A stretch of 47,352 nucleotides of DNA from Phycisphaerales bacterium. GTDB lineage: Bacteria > Planctomycetota > Phycisphaerae > UBA1845 > PWPN01. The notes under the pieces were generated by a model. It searched no databases. It saw only the letters and a list, made by a program, of their open reading frames with translations, and had not been told where the DNA came from. The stretch is taken from assembly GCA_012729595.1 (NCBI GenBank), contig JAAYCU010000129.1:1-47352 (forward strand), written 5' to 3'. A program made the position numbers and the translations under genes. This document shows positions 27,585 through 38,115 of this stretch, piece after piece (within the stretch, counting starts at the first letter, position 1; every line of letters begins with the position of its first letter).

Positions 27585-29930
27585 ATGATCGTATGGCGAA
27601 CCTTGGGGTTGGGACTCGGGCTGCTGATCGGGGTTTGTTTGGTTCATGGTCAGGAGCCCGTGGCGGCCGGTCAGGTCAAAACTTCTTTACTGGCGGATCG
27701 CTCGGCCATCACGCCCGGAGGGACCGTCGAATTGGCGGTCGTTTTCGAAATCCCCGACGGCTGGCATATTTATTGGCGGAACCGGGGCGAGGGGGGGATG
27801 GAGACGACCTTGGCCTGGAAACTGCCGGATGGTTTTGTCCTCGGCCCCGTGCGTTTTCCGCGGCCGAAGCGCTATATCGACGCGACCGGGGCCCATACGT
27901 TCATTCTGGAACGGCGGCCGGTGGTTCTCGCGGAACTGCGAGCCCCGAGTGACATCCAGGCCGGTCAGTCCGTGGAAATCGAAGTGGATGCCCGCTGGGC
28001 CGCCTGTAAAGAGTCCTGCGTTCTGGGCGCGGAGCGTTTGAAGCTGACCCTGCCGGTGACGGCCGACGCCGAAGAAGCGAAGTTGCTTCACGAGGATCAG
28101 TTTACGTTCGCCCGTGGGCAAGTGCCCTTGCCGATGGAGGAGGCGGCGTATCTCAAGCGTTTTGAGGCGAAGGCTAACGTGGACCGGATTCAATCGGGAA
28201 AGAAATTCGAGGTCGCGGTGGTCATCGAGGTGGCGGACGGATTTTATCTGTATGCACATGAACCGTTGGCGCAGGGACTCAATCCCACGGACCTGTTCCA
28301 TGACAGTGTAACCGGGCTGGTCTTCGATCGCCCCCGCTTTCCGCCGGGGCAGATGATCCAATCGTACGGCATGACCTTCTCGGTGTACAAGGACCGGGCG
28401 GTGGTGATTCTGCCGGTCGAGGCGCATGTGTTGCCGGCCGGAGAGGAAGTGCGCATCGGTGGAGTGTTGACCTATCAGGCTTGCAGCGAGCAGACGGGGC
28501 AATGCATGATGCCGACGGCGGCGGAGTGGTCGCTCACGATTCCGGTGGCCGACGCCGGCGAGGCGGTACGGACGGCGAACGAAGAATTGTTCAGGAGTAC
28601 GGCGGACTATCAAGCCGCTGGAGCGGGCAAGGGGCCGGACGGTCGAACACCATCAAGCGAGGCGGGGCAGGGTTTCACGCTGGACAGCGTGGTGCGGACT
28701 ACCGCCCGGCAGCGTGAGTATCCGCTGGCGGTCTGGCTGATATTTGCTTTTCTGGCCGGCGTGATCCTCAATATCACGCCCTGCGTCCTGCCGGTGATCT
28801 CGATCAAGGTGCTCAGTTTCGTGCAGCAGGCGAGCGAGTCGCCGGCCAGGGTATTTCGACTTGGGTTGGCTTTTTCGTTGGGGATGCTGGCGATTTACAA
28901 CGTCCTGGCGATCCTGGCCACGGCGGCGGGGCTGGTCTGGGGTCAGCATTTTCAGAGCCCGACGTTTACCCTGGTGATGGCCTCGGTGATCTTCGTTTTC
29001 GGATTGAGCGTTTACGGAGTGTTTACCCTCGGCGTGCCGCGGGCGGTGGGCGATCTAGCCGGGCAGGCTGAGGGTGAAGGTTATCTCGGCTCGGTCGCCA
29101 AGGGAGCGTTGGCGACGTTGATGGGGACGCCTTGCCTCGGGCCGTTTTTGGGGTCGGTGCTGGTGTGGTTGGCGACCCAGCCGCCGGTTTTGGTGTTCCT
29201 GATTTTCAACACGATCGGGTTGGGGATGGCTTTGCCCTATATTCTGTTGACCGCGCGCCCAGGCTGGCTGCGTTTCGTGCCCAAGGCCGGTCCTTGGCTG
29301 GAGACGTTCAAGCAGGCGATGGCCTTTTTGCTGATGGGCACGGTGATCTACCTGTTAGGCATCCTGAATAAGCAACTCGGCGGGTCGGCGGTAGTCTGGT
29401 CACTGGTCTTGCTGATGAGTCTGGCGATAGCCTGCTGGATCATCGGTCGCTGGCTGACTGCGGAAACCTCGGCCGGCGGGCGGATGATTGTTCTGGCCGT
29501 CGCCGTGGGCGTTGCCAGCCTGGGCGGATGGGTGAGTTATGGCCGCGGGTTCCGGCCGCCGTCAGATAGCGTGTTGCCCTGGGTGCCGTTTTCGATGGAG
29601 AAACTGACCGAGTTGACCGCCGAGGGACGCACCGTGTTCCTCGACATCACCGCGGACTGGTGTCCGAACTGCAAGTACAACATGGAATTCGTCTTTCATA
29701 CGGAGGAGGTGGCGGAGGCCATTCGGGAATATGATGTGGTTCCGATGCTGGCGGACTGGACGGGGCAGGATCCGACCATTGGCCGGCTGGTGAACATGCT
29801 GGCCCCCGGTGGCAGCGTGCCCTTGTGTGCGGTATTTCCCGCAGGCCGCCCAGATGAGCCGATCGTCATGCTTGAAATCGTCACCAAGCGGCAGGTGATC
29901 GAGGCCTTGCGACAGGGGTCGGGGAGGTGA
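27585..29930 (+). CDS. dsbD: Thiol:disulfide interchange protein DsbD (two N-terminal Ig-like domains, TM domain, thioredoxin domain)
   Basis: GWHIYWRNRG, ACKESC, YQACSEQTGQC, LNITPCVLPVISIK, GTPCLGP, TADWCPNCK. Confidence 0.9.
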   Translation: MIVWRTLGLGLGLLIGVCLVHGQEPVAAGQVKTSLLADRSAITPGGTVELAVVFEIPDGWHIYWRNRGEGGMETTLAWKLPDGFVLGPVRFPRPKRYIDATGAHTFILERRPVVLAELRAPSDIQAGQSVEIEVDARWAACKESCVLGAERLKLTLPVTADAEEAKLLHEDQFTFARGQVPLPMEEAAYLKRFEAKANVDRIQSGKKFEVAVVIEVADGFYLYAHEPLAQGLNPTDLFHDSVTGLVFDRPRFPPGQMIQSYGMTFSVYKDRAVVILPVEAHVLPAGEEVRIGGVLTYQACSEQTGQCMMPTAAEWSLTIPVADAGEAVRTANEELFRSTADYQAAGAGKGPDGRTPSSEAGQGFTLDSVVRTTARQREYPLAVWLIFAFLAGVILNITPCVLPVISIKVLSFVQQASESPARVFRLGLAFSLGMLAIYNVLAILATAAGLVWGQHFQSPTFTLVMASVIFVFGLSVYGVFTLGVPRAVGDLAGQAEGEGYLGSVAKGALATLMGTPCLGPFLGSVLVWLATQPPVLVFLIFNTIGLGMALPYILLTARPGWLRFVPKAGPWLETFKQAMAFLLMGTVIYLLGILNKQLGGSAVVWSLVLLMSLAIACWIIGRWLTAETSAGGRMIVLAVAVGVASLGGWVSYGRGFRPPSDSVLPWVPFSMEKLTELTAEGRTVFLDITADWCPNCKYNMEFVFHTEEVAEAIREYDVVPMLADWTGQDPTIGRLVNMLAPGGSVPLCAVFPAGRPDEPIVMLEIVTKRQVIEALRQGSGR

Positions 29931-29975
29931 GACGGAGAGAGGGGGGATGATGAGATTGCTGTTCGGGAGATCGAC

Positions 29976-30878
29976 TTGAGCGACGAAAAGGTATCCATAC
30001 TACTGGATACGGATATCGGCAGTAACATTGATGACGCGGTGGCGCTGGCGTATCTGCTGAAGCACCCGCGCTGCGAGCTGCTGGGCGTGACCACGGTGAG
30101 CGGCCAGCCGGTGGTCCGGGCTCGGCTGGTCAGCGCGGTATGCACCGCGTTCGGCCGATCGGAGGTTCCGGTTCATTGCGGGGCGGCGGCCCCGTTGCTG
30201 ATTGACCAACAGCAGTTAACGGTCTCGCAGTCCACGGTACTCGAACATTGGCCGCACCGTAGCGACTTCGACGAGAACACCGCCGTCGATTTTCTGCGTC
30301 GGACGATTCGCGAGCGTCCCGGGCAGATCACCTTGTTGAGTATCGGGCCGTTGACCAATATCGCTTTGCTCTATGCCCTGGATCCGGAGATTCCACTTCT
30401 GCTCAAGCGGCACGTGATGATGGCCGGTCTTTATTTTGGGCGGCAACCGGGTTATGGGCTGAGGGAATGGAATGCCCTGGTTGATCCGCATGCGACGGCG
30501 ATCGTTTTCGCCAAGGGCCCGGCCGACACGCGTTGCGTAGGGCTGGATGTGACCGTGCCGTGCCGGATTCCGGCGGAAGGCTTCCGTGATCATTTTCGCG
30601 ATGGTTCGTTGCGGATTATCCACGATATGGCCGAGACGTGGCTGGCCGGACGCAGCGAGGTTATTTTTCACGATCCGCTGGCGGCGGCCTGCGTGTTCCG
30701 GCCGGATTTGCTGCGTTGGACCCAAGGGCACGTGGAGGTGGAATTACAGAGTGTATCTCTGCAAGGGTTGACGGCGTTTTCCAAGAATATTCATCGAAAG
30801 ATTCATCAGGTGGCCGCCGAGGTCGATGCCCCGGCATTCTTCAAGCATTATTTCGAGATCAGCACCCGATTCGCGTGA
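29976..30878 (+). CDS. Inosine-uridine preferring nucleoside hydrolase
   Basis: LDTDIGSNIDDAVAL, IGPLTNIA, EWNALVDPHA, GLDVT, HDPLA. Start codon uncertain. Confidence 0.9.
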   Translation: MSDEKVSILLDTDIGSNIDDAVALAYLLKHPRCELLGVTTVSGQPVVRARLVSAVCTAFGRSEVPVHCGAAAPLLIDQQQLTVSQSTVLEHWPHRSDFDENTAVDFLRRTIRERPGQITLLSIGPLTNIALLYALDPEIPLLLKRHVMMAGLYFGRQPGYGLREWNALVDPHATAIVFAKGPADTRCVGLDVTVPCRIPAEGFRDHFRDGSLRIIHDMAETWLAGRSEVIFHDPLAAACVFRPDLLRWTQGHVEVELQSVSLQGLTAFSKNIHRKIHQVAAEVDAPAFFKHYFEISTRFA

Positions 30879-31034
30879 CGATCAATTTTGTGATAGGTCA
30901 GACCAATCACAGAACTCGGCCCGATTTTGATAAGTTGTGTGTGTTGGGGTTTTGCAGGGTCTTCATGGGTTTTCTCCACGCCGTTAAAGAATGGTTTAAG
31001 CTGCCAGAAGATGCTTGATTGATCGCTTAAACCT

Positions 31035-31595
31035 TTACGGCAACTCCAATGGGCGGGCGAGGCGTTCTTTCTCCGACTCGCGGATGGCCCGCTCCTGATC
31101 GGTCCATTTTTTGTAGAATTCGGCGGTTGACATCCACTGGCTGGTGATCCGGCCTTGTCCCTGTTCGTCGCGATGAAAAAGAAGCACCCCTCGGCCGTCC
31201 TGTTTCAGCAACATGTCAATAGGGCTGGTGAAGGCGATAATAACTGGTTCGGAGGCGATCATGGCGTAATATCGCTCGGCGTCGTTGGCGTAAGCTAGGA
31301 ATCGTGCTTCGCCGGGCAGGATGGCGGGCAGGATTTGCCAGCGATCTACGCTTTCCTGAAGGGTGGCCATGGGTTTGTGTAATCGGTCTAGCGTGGTGCC
31401 AAGCGTTCGTTGGTCTCTTTGCCAAGCCAGTAACAGGGTGACTACTAGCACGAGGATAACGAATTGGGCCAAGGAAAGCAGTATCCATCGTCGTTGCCGT
31501 CGCAGCCTGACTTTCGCCGCCTGCTGCTTGGCGTCGACGTGTAACCGTGTGGCGGGTCGGTTAACACCGACCGGTATCTGCTGGACCCAAAGCAT
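31035..31595 (-). CDS. Hypothetical single-TM membrane protein
   Basis: 186 aa ORF with GGAG before ATG, a basic stretch, then one TM helix. Fills the gap and is co-oriented with the PPIase gene. Confidence 0.65.
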   Translation of the reverse strand: MLWVQQIPVGVNRPATRLHVDAKQQAAKVRLRRQRRWILLSLAQFVILVLVVTLLLAWQRDQRTLGTTLDRLHKPMATLQESVDRWQILPAILPGEARFLAYANDAERYYAMIASEPVIIAFTSPIDMLLKQDGRGVLLFHRDEQGQGRITSQWMSTAEFYKKWTDQERAIRESEKERLARPLELP

Positions 31596-31783
31596 GGGTT
31601 AGTCTCCGCATTCACCGCACAGGTGAAGCAATTAGTGAGTCCCGCGGATAGCGATATCCTGCTGCCCATTATAGGGCAATTCGGGGATTACGACAATACA
31701 CTGTTTATCGGTGAGTAAGTGTACGCAAGTTTAATTGGCAACAGAGGATAGCATTTCTCGGTGATTCTTTAATACTTTTAAGA

Positions 31784-32866
31784 TTACCGGCCGTGTTCGC
31801 GTTGGTATTGGCTGTTCAGTTCGGGATCGAGCACGCTGATAGCCGCGGTATCTAACAATTCCTGTTGCAATTCGTCCTGACGCAGGCGGATCAGGCGATC
31901 AAGGAAACGTTGCCGTAAGGTCTGCGGGTCGGCCTGTTCGAAGCTGACCTGGCTGGCGGGGAAACGCCTCTCCAGTCTAAGGATCTGATAGACGCCGCCT
32001 TCGTGAATTGTTGTGGAAATCGCGCCTTCCTGAAGCTGGAAGGCGGCCTCGCGGATCAGGGGGGAGACGGCCGGGTCGTGTCGGGTGAAGGGCGGCAGTA
32101 ATCCACCCTGGTCGGCGGTCAAGGGGTTTTCGCTAAACTGGCGAGCGAGCAGTTCGAAGTCCTTGCCGGATGCCAGCAGGGTGCGGATGTTCCGGGCGGC
32201 CTCCAGGCTCGACAGTTGTATATGCCTGACCTGGATTCGTTCGGCATAGTCCAGGTTGTATTGCTCGCGGAGCATGGCCTCGCTGATCTGCATTTGCTCC
32301 GTTTCCGCGACGGCGATCTTGCGCAGTAAGGCGAGCGTTTCCATACGCAGATCCCATTCCCGGGTCGAGATATTTTTCGCCCGGAGGATCTGTTCCAGTT
32401 GGCGTTGGGCGGCGGGGCGATCGAGTGGAGGCGTGTCGGGGCGGACGATGGGGGTGGCGATCCGCTGGAGGGCGTTTTCATGCTCGGTGGCGACGTCGGC
32501 CGGCGTGATCGAAAGGCTCAGGTCCGCGGCCCGCTGGCGGGCGAGTTGCAGGAGGATTAACTGCTCCAATATCTTCAGGCCGTGGCTGTGGATCAGCAGT
32601 TCGGTCAACTGTGATCGGTAAATGGGCTTTCCGCCAACTTTGGCGACAATCGCGTCGGCGGGCGGTTCATGGTCGGTGGCGGTGGCCGGCTGCGATGATA
32701 ACGCATCTCCGGTTGGCTTGGGCGCCGCCGACGGTGTTTCATTTGGCGCGGGTGTTTCCCAGGCGGTGAATACGGATGGGCCGGTCGATACGTTCTGCTG
32801 CTGGCAGCCGGAAAGCAGGATCGTCGTAAGCAAGCCGAGCAAGCCACATAATCGTGCCATGAGCAA
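31784..32866 (-). CDS. Parvulin-type peptidyl-prolyl isomerase lipoprotein (PrsA/SurA-like)
   Basis: Lipobox LLSGC, IVAKVGG, VRHIQL, DFELLARQFS, QGGLL, AAFQL. Confidence 0.85.
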   Translation of the reverse strand: MLMARLCGLLGLLTTILLSGCQQQNVSTGPSVFTAWETPAPNETPSAAPKPTGDALSSQPATATDHEPPADAIVAKVGGKPIYRSQLTELLIHSHGLKILEQLILLQLARQRAADLSLSITPADVATEHENALQRIATPIVRPDTPPLDRPAAQRQLEQILRAKNISTREWDLRMETLALLRKIAVAETEQMQISEAMLREQYNLDYAERIQVRHIQLSSLEAARNIRTLLASGKDFELLARQFSENPLTADQGGLLPPFTRHDPAVSPLIREAAFQLQEGAISTTIHEGGVYQILRLERRFPASQVSFEQADPQTLRQRFLDRLIRLRQDELQQELLDTAAISVLDPELNSQYQREHGR

Positions 32867-33022
32867 CCCTTTCCATTGGTTCGTGCGGCATTAGTGGCTT
32901 GAAGCTACTGGCGCAGGCGGGGCTGGTCAAGAGGGCGTCGAGTCTGCCGCTTGGAGTCGGCGATGTTTTATCTGGTGGCACGTGCGTTTACAATGGGAGT
33001 ATAGCTAGGCACAAAGGATGTC

Positions 33023-34147
33023 ATGTTCATGGAATCGATGTTTTTTCAGCGCAGGATGACCCGGCGGGTGATGGTGGGACCGGTGGCGATCGGGGGGGGC
33101 GAGCCGGTGCGGTTGCAGTCCATGACCAGCACTCCCACGCACGATATCGAGGCGACGGCGGGGCAGATTCGCCGGCTGGTGGAGGCGGGCTGCGAGCTGG
33201 TCCGGGTGGCCGTCCCGGAGCCGAGGGATACCGCCGCGCTGCCCGAGCTGATCCGGCAAAGCCCGGTGCCGATAGTCGCCGATGTGCATTTTCATTATCA
33301 GCGGGCGTTGGAGGCGGTGGCCGCCGGTGTGCATAAGATTCGTCTGAATCCCGGAAACATCCAGGACCGTAAGCAGATCGAACGGGTGATCCACGCCTGC
33401 CGGGACGCGGGCATTCCGATCCGCATCGGGGTTAACGAGGGCAGCGTCGTCGAGCGGCGGGAGGCGACGGCGCGGGCCGACGAACTGCGCTGGCTGATGG
33501 CCGACCGGCGCGGGGCCTTGATCGATTTGATGGTTCGGAAGCTGGAGGAATATATTCGCCTGTTCGAGGCAAACGGTTTTTACGATCTGGTTCTGGCGGC
33601 CAAGAGCCATGACGCGGCGGTGGTGATCGAGGCTTACCGGGCGCTCGGCAAACGGTTCGATTTCCCTTTGCATCTGGGTGTGACCCATGCCGGTCCGCCG
33701 GAAACGGGGCGGATTCGCTCGGTGGCCGCCTTGGGCACGCTACTGGCCGAGGGGATCGGCGACACGATCCGTATTTCCTACGCGGCCGATCCGGTCGAGG
33801 AGGTGTTGGACGGCAAGGAATTGCTTTGCAGTCTGGGACTGCGGCCGCGAAATGAGCCGGAGCTGATCGCCTGTCCGACCTGCGGGCGGATCGAGGTGGA
33901 CCTCGTCGATCTGGTCGGCCGGGTGCGGGCCAAGCTGGCCGAGATCAAGGCCCCGCTCAAGGTGGCGGTCATGGGCTGTGCGGTGAACGGGCCGGGCGAA
34001 TGTGAGGGGGCGGATGTAGCCATCTTCGCCGGCCGGGGCAAGGGAATGATCTACGTGCGCGGCGAACGGAAGCGGGTGGTAAACGAAGCGGAGATGCTCG
34101 ACGCTTTGCTGGAGGAATGTCGGGGGCTGATAGCAAAAAGCCGCTGA
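33023..34147 (+). CDS. ispG: (E)-4-hydroxy-3-methylbut-2-enyl-diphosphate synthase
   Basis: QSMT, VADVHF, RLNPGN, IRIGVN, PLHLGVT, GIGDTIR, IACPTCGR, AVMGCAVNGPGE. Confidence 0.96.
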   Translation: MFMESMFFQRRMTRRVMVGPVAIGGGEPVRLQSMTSTPTHDIEATAGQIRRLVEAGCELVRVAVPEPRDTAALPELIRQSPVPIVADVHFHYQRALEAVAAGVHKIRLNPGNIQDRKQIERVIHACRDAGIPIRIGVNEGSVVERREATARADELRWLMADRRGALIDLMVRKLEEYIRLFEANGFYDLVLAAKSHDAAVVIEAYRALGKRFDFPLHLGVTHAGPPETGRIRSVAALGTLLAEGIGDTIRISYAADPVEEVLDGKELLCSLGLRPRNEPELIACPTCGRIEVDLVDLVGRVRAKLAEIKAPLKVAVMGCAVNGPGECEGADVAIFAGRGKGMIYVRGERKRVVNEAEMLDALLEECRGLIAKSR

Positions 34148-34789
34148 TGTTGGATTTGTGCAGTAGTCAGACGTTTGTGGTGTCGAGCAGGTTGGGCATG
34201 GCAGTGGGCATATCGTTCGCGTTTTCAATCAGCGTTTTGGGTAGATCGCCGTTCACGTCCAGGATGCCCCGGGCTAGTTCGGAACGCAGGCCCGGCATAT
34301 TGATGATCGGAAACGCTCGGGCTTCGAACGGTACGGCCTGCAAATTGACCTGGCAGTTTGATCGATCCGCATAATGGGCAATGGGCTGAGCAGATGATCC
34401 AGCAGAAAGGGGTAGATGGTAAGGTTCTCATGGAGCTGCGTCTGTCCGGCTTGGTTCATACGCTGGACGTGCGCCTTCAGGAAGCGCCGGACATAGCCTG
34501 AATCACGTAAGTGGTTCTCCCGGACGAACCGACGGTCCGGGATGATCGCCTGTTGACTGCGTGGTCAGGGTCATCGATTACCGTCAGCCCAAGACCTTGG
34601 AGGGCTGCGACGGGCAGAGCCTATAACGGGCCGTGAATCAGGCTGTGGATTTGATGTCAAGAACACTGAGCATATAACCAAAGCTATCGGGTCCAGGCTG
34701 ACAACTCTTTCCCGATACGGTCATGCAAGCCGCCAACTTGTGTATTGGAGCTCTGCAATATGCCTAACCCGTCGCAACGCGCGGGGGGG

Positions 34790-35941
34790 TTACGACTGCT
34801 CGGATACCGCAGCCGCCGGCTCGACCAGAATCGGAAAGACGGAACGATAGTCCGGTCGGCGGGTGATGCGTGTTTCCACCTTGATCCGCCAGGAGTAACG
34901 CGGGTAACCCTTTTCCTGCGGTAAGGAGCTGGCCGGCTGATCTGCGGGGATAATCAACTCGCCATTGACCATGAGTTTCTCGCCGGGACGAACCGGCGGA
35001 TTTTCCAATAGGGCAATACGCTGCTGGTAATGCGTGTGCGTGTCATAGTGAGTGCTTTTTCCGCTTCTCCGCTGCGTAATCGCCTCGCAGGATAATGAAA
35101 CTTCAAGTTGCCGAATATCCAGGAGCGTGAAGACGGTTTGTTCAATGGAAACCGCCAGCCGGTCGCCTAACGCAAAGGTCGGGCCGTTAACGAAAACCTC
35201 CGCGTCTCCAAGCTGGTGCAACAATAAGTGCCAATAGATGAGCATACACGAAGGGGCTAAACCAGCACCCGCATATATTAACGAAGCTATGATCACAAAC
35301 TGGCCGTAAGGCGGTTCGGCTACGCGGCAATAATGACCAATGGTCAGCATTCCGACGGCAAACCATACACCGGTCATCAGTAAGGCCACTCGGCGGCGAT
35401 CGGCAATGCGACTGACCGGCGGAACAAGATACCACCCATGCTCCGACGGATACGGTGACCGGGCTTCGGCCAGCCAGCCTTTGCCGAGCGTGTATATGAA
35501 GCCGGCCGCAATCCAGAACAGCATGGGGGACAGCATCAAGACGTAAGGTATGAAACTGTATTCGCGCACCAGAAAAGCCTCGGACGGATCGTGCGGATTG
35601 TAATAGGCTTCATAGCTGTCTCCGATAACGAAACGGGAGTTCAGCTCGCTGGCCCATTCGTGTCCGCTACTTTCGTCCAGCGGAGTCACCAGTGCGCAGG
35701 TATACGTTACTCCGTCAACTTCGTAGCGATAATGAATCACCGGTTTATACGAAGTGCTGATTTGGCCTTCACTGTTCGTGGAGGTATGCGATTCGATATC
35801 CTTGGATAATACCGTGGCCTGGACCGGTCGATAGGTGCTGATTATCCGATGCTGATTCCAGACCATGCTCACGCCAATACCCATGAATATCATCGGAAAC
35901 AGGACGAAAGCCAGCAGAAAGAGTCGCAAAAACGTTTTCAT
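34790..35941 (-). CDS. DUF3592-domain membrane protein
   Basis: TM, then YKPVIHYRYEVDGVTY...YYNPHDPSEAFL, then TMs and an arrestin-like C-terminus. Start probably MKTFL at 35941. Confidence 0.75.
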   Translation of the reverse strand: MKTFLRLFLLAFVLFPMIFMGIGVSMVWNQHRIISTYRPVQATVLSKDIESHTSTNSEGQISTSYKPVIHYRYEVDGVTYTCALVTPLDESSGHEWASELNSRFVIGDSYEAYYNPHDPSEAFLVREYSFIPYVLMLSPMLFWIAAGFIYTLGKGWLAEARSPYPSEHGWYLVPPVSRIADRRRVALLMTGVWFAVGMLTIGHYCRVAEPPYGQFVIIASLIYAGAGLAPSCMLIYWHLLLHQLGDAEVFVNGPTFALGDRLAVSIEQTVFTLLDIRQLEVSLSCEAITQRRSGKSTHYDTHTHYQQRIALLENPPVRPGEKLMVNGELIIPADQPASSLPQEKGYPRYSWRIKVETRITRRPDYRSVFPILVEPAAAVSEQS

Positions 35942-35993
35942 GCGAAATATCTCCGACCAAGCCACGCATTTCAATGCGTCCTAAGAACAACGA

Positions 35994-37820
35994 TCAGACG
36001 AAAATCGCGGTCACCACCGTCCAGCCTACCGCCGCTAGAGCGGCAGCGGCCGTTGCTTGTGGGATCTGCGTCTTGACGTGGTCCATCAGATCGCAACCGG
36101 TACACATCGCGCTGAGTACGGTGGTATCCGAGATCGGTGAGCACTGGTCACCGTAAACGCTGCCGTTCAGGGTCGCCGCGAAGCACAGAGCCATAAACAG
36201 TTGCGGGTGGGCCAGACCCTGTCCGTCGGCTACTGCCCACGCCAAGGGCATGGCCAGAGGAAAAGCTACCGCGAAAGTGCCCCAACTCGTCCCCGTGGAA
36301 AAGGCAATCGCCATGGTCATCGCCTGCATCATCACCGGTAGAATCCAGTATGGAATCCGTTCGCCCAGCAGTTCGACCAGGAAAATCCCCGCACCGGCTT
36401 GTTCACTGATACGTCCGATGGTTATGGCCAGCAGCAACACTACCGAACCGAGCACCACACCCTTTAATCCGTCGGCAAACCCTTCCATAAGTTGTCGTAA
36501 CTTCATGCCTCTCAGCAAGGTCAGGGTTATAGCCGACAATAATGCCGCTCCAAAGGCCCACAGCACTTCCGGTAAGCCACTGGTTATGAACGTGCTCACC
36601 GCAATACCGATTAGGATCGTCAACGGGGCGAAGAATTCAATTACATGTGGGCGATAACCTGGTGGCACGCGGGAGGTTTGCAGCTCCTTGGCGCTGAGCG
36701 GCTCGGCATCGGGAGCATCAAGTTCGCCGGTAGTACGTGCCCGCAAGATCGCCGCCCGCATTTTTCCGCCAAGAAATGCTGATCGTTCGATGCTCAACAG
36801 AAAGGTGGCGGCTACCGCCAGCCAGGCATAAAAGAACAAGGGAATGCTCTTGAAGAAAAAGGCCACTCGGTCCGCCTCGGTCGCCAGCCAGGGTACGCCG
36901 GCAACGAAGATCAAGGCTTGCACGTAGCCCGGCCAGGCATTGAACGCCAGCAGCAAGGCGATAGGTGAGGCGGTCTAATCCACGACATAGGATAATTCTT
37001 CGTGGCTGACACCTTCCCGGTCGGCCAGCGGTTTGACCGTTGTACCCACCAGCACCGTACTGACCGTTCCACCCTGAAAAAAGATCACCCCCAAGATCCA
37101 GGCGACCAGCTTGGCCGATCGCGGTCCACGTACCATCCGGCGGGTCATCATATCAGCGAAAGCCTGAGCCGCGCCAGTGCGCGACCAGACCCCCATCAGC
37201 CCACCAAGCAGCCATAAATACAGAATAAGCACCTGGGCGGCTTCCCGACTCATCAGAATGCCGACTAGCACCTGCCCGGTAAGATCGTAACGACTCAGCA
37301 GTAACGCTCCGGTTACGATACCCCCGAACAAGGCGGCCAGCGGCTCGCGGGTCATCCAGCATAAAAGCACCGCCGTCAAGGCCGGCAACAGGGACCAATA
37401 GCGCCAGTGGGGGTTGGCTCGAAGCCGAAAATATCTACGCTCCGCTCCCTCGGCATCGAGCGCCGCCTCATAGACGTATTCTTCTTTAACCTCGGGAGAT
37501 AAGCCATTGTGGTTCAGGTGCCGCACCAGCTCGGGTCGCAACCTGGAATCGATAAGGGGGGTTATTTTGTCCAGATATACGGGTTGCTCGCGGTGTACGT
37601 AATACAACCGCCCCTGCTCGTTCTCGTGAACGTCGAGGGCGATCTTTTCCACGGTCCAGGTCGGCGGGACATATCGGCCGACCCTATAACCGGCCAGCAA
37701 AGCCAGTAGGAACACCCAGAAGGCCGGGGTTCGAGTTATGCGCGCGACGGAAGCCAACAAACGTCGCGTCTCGCTCCCCGAGCCTCGGTTATTCACCAAC
37801 CCATCTCCGACAAACACCAT
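35994..37820 (-). pseudogene. NhaC-family Na+/H+ antiporter-like gene interrupted by an in-frame TAG
   Basis: ORFs 36975-37988 and 35994-36956 share a frame: [24 protein letters not shown]. Family motifs [10 protein letters not shown] and [14 protein letters not shown] are present. Confidence 0.85.
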
Positions 37821-37840
37821 GATGCCAAACGATTCATCGC

Positions 37841-37974
37841 GGCATGGCCCATCAGAACCGCAAGCGCAAGCGCGGGGTCGAAGGAGAACAAAGCCCCAGT
37901 ACTCGAAGCGATATTCTACACCGGCCGGTCGCTTCCTCTGCGTGTCCTGATGGCATGCGCGCTGAACACATACG
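37841..37974. repeat. Second, left-truncated copy of the MITE/REP-like element at 14031-14211
   Basis: 37841-37886 matches 14062-14107 at 43/46 nt. cgctgaacacatacg is identical at 37960-37974 and 14198-14212. Confidence 0.85.
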
Positions 37975-38115
37975 CGGGCATTGTCCACGAAGCCGTGCCC
38001 CTCGGCAACCGCGAACCCATACCATCTGTCTCCAGCTCTGGCGTGGGCGGCGGCGCGTATGTAGAATCGCTCCCTTCATGTAGACAACGTTTCTTGGGAG
38101 CAAAGGAGAATCCCC

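Noticed and set aside
34620-34795. Possible integron attC sites (several TAAC/CAAC and GTT cores, hairpin tatcggg/cccgata)
   Set aside because: No matched core pair with complementary inner boxes, and no integron integrase in the window.
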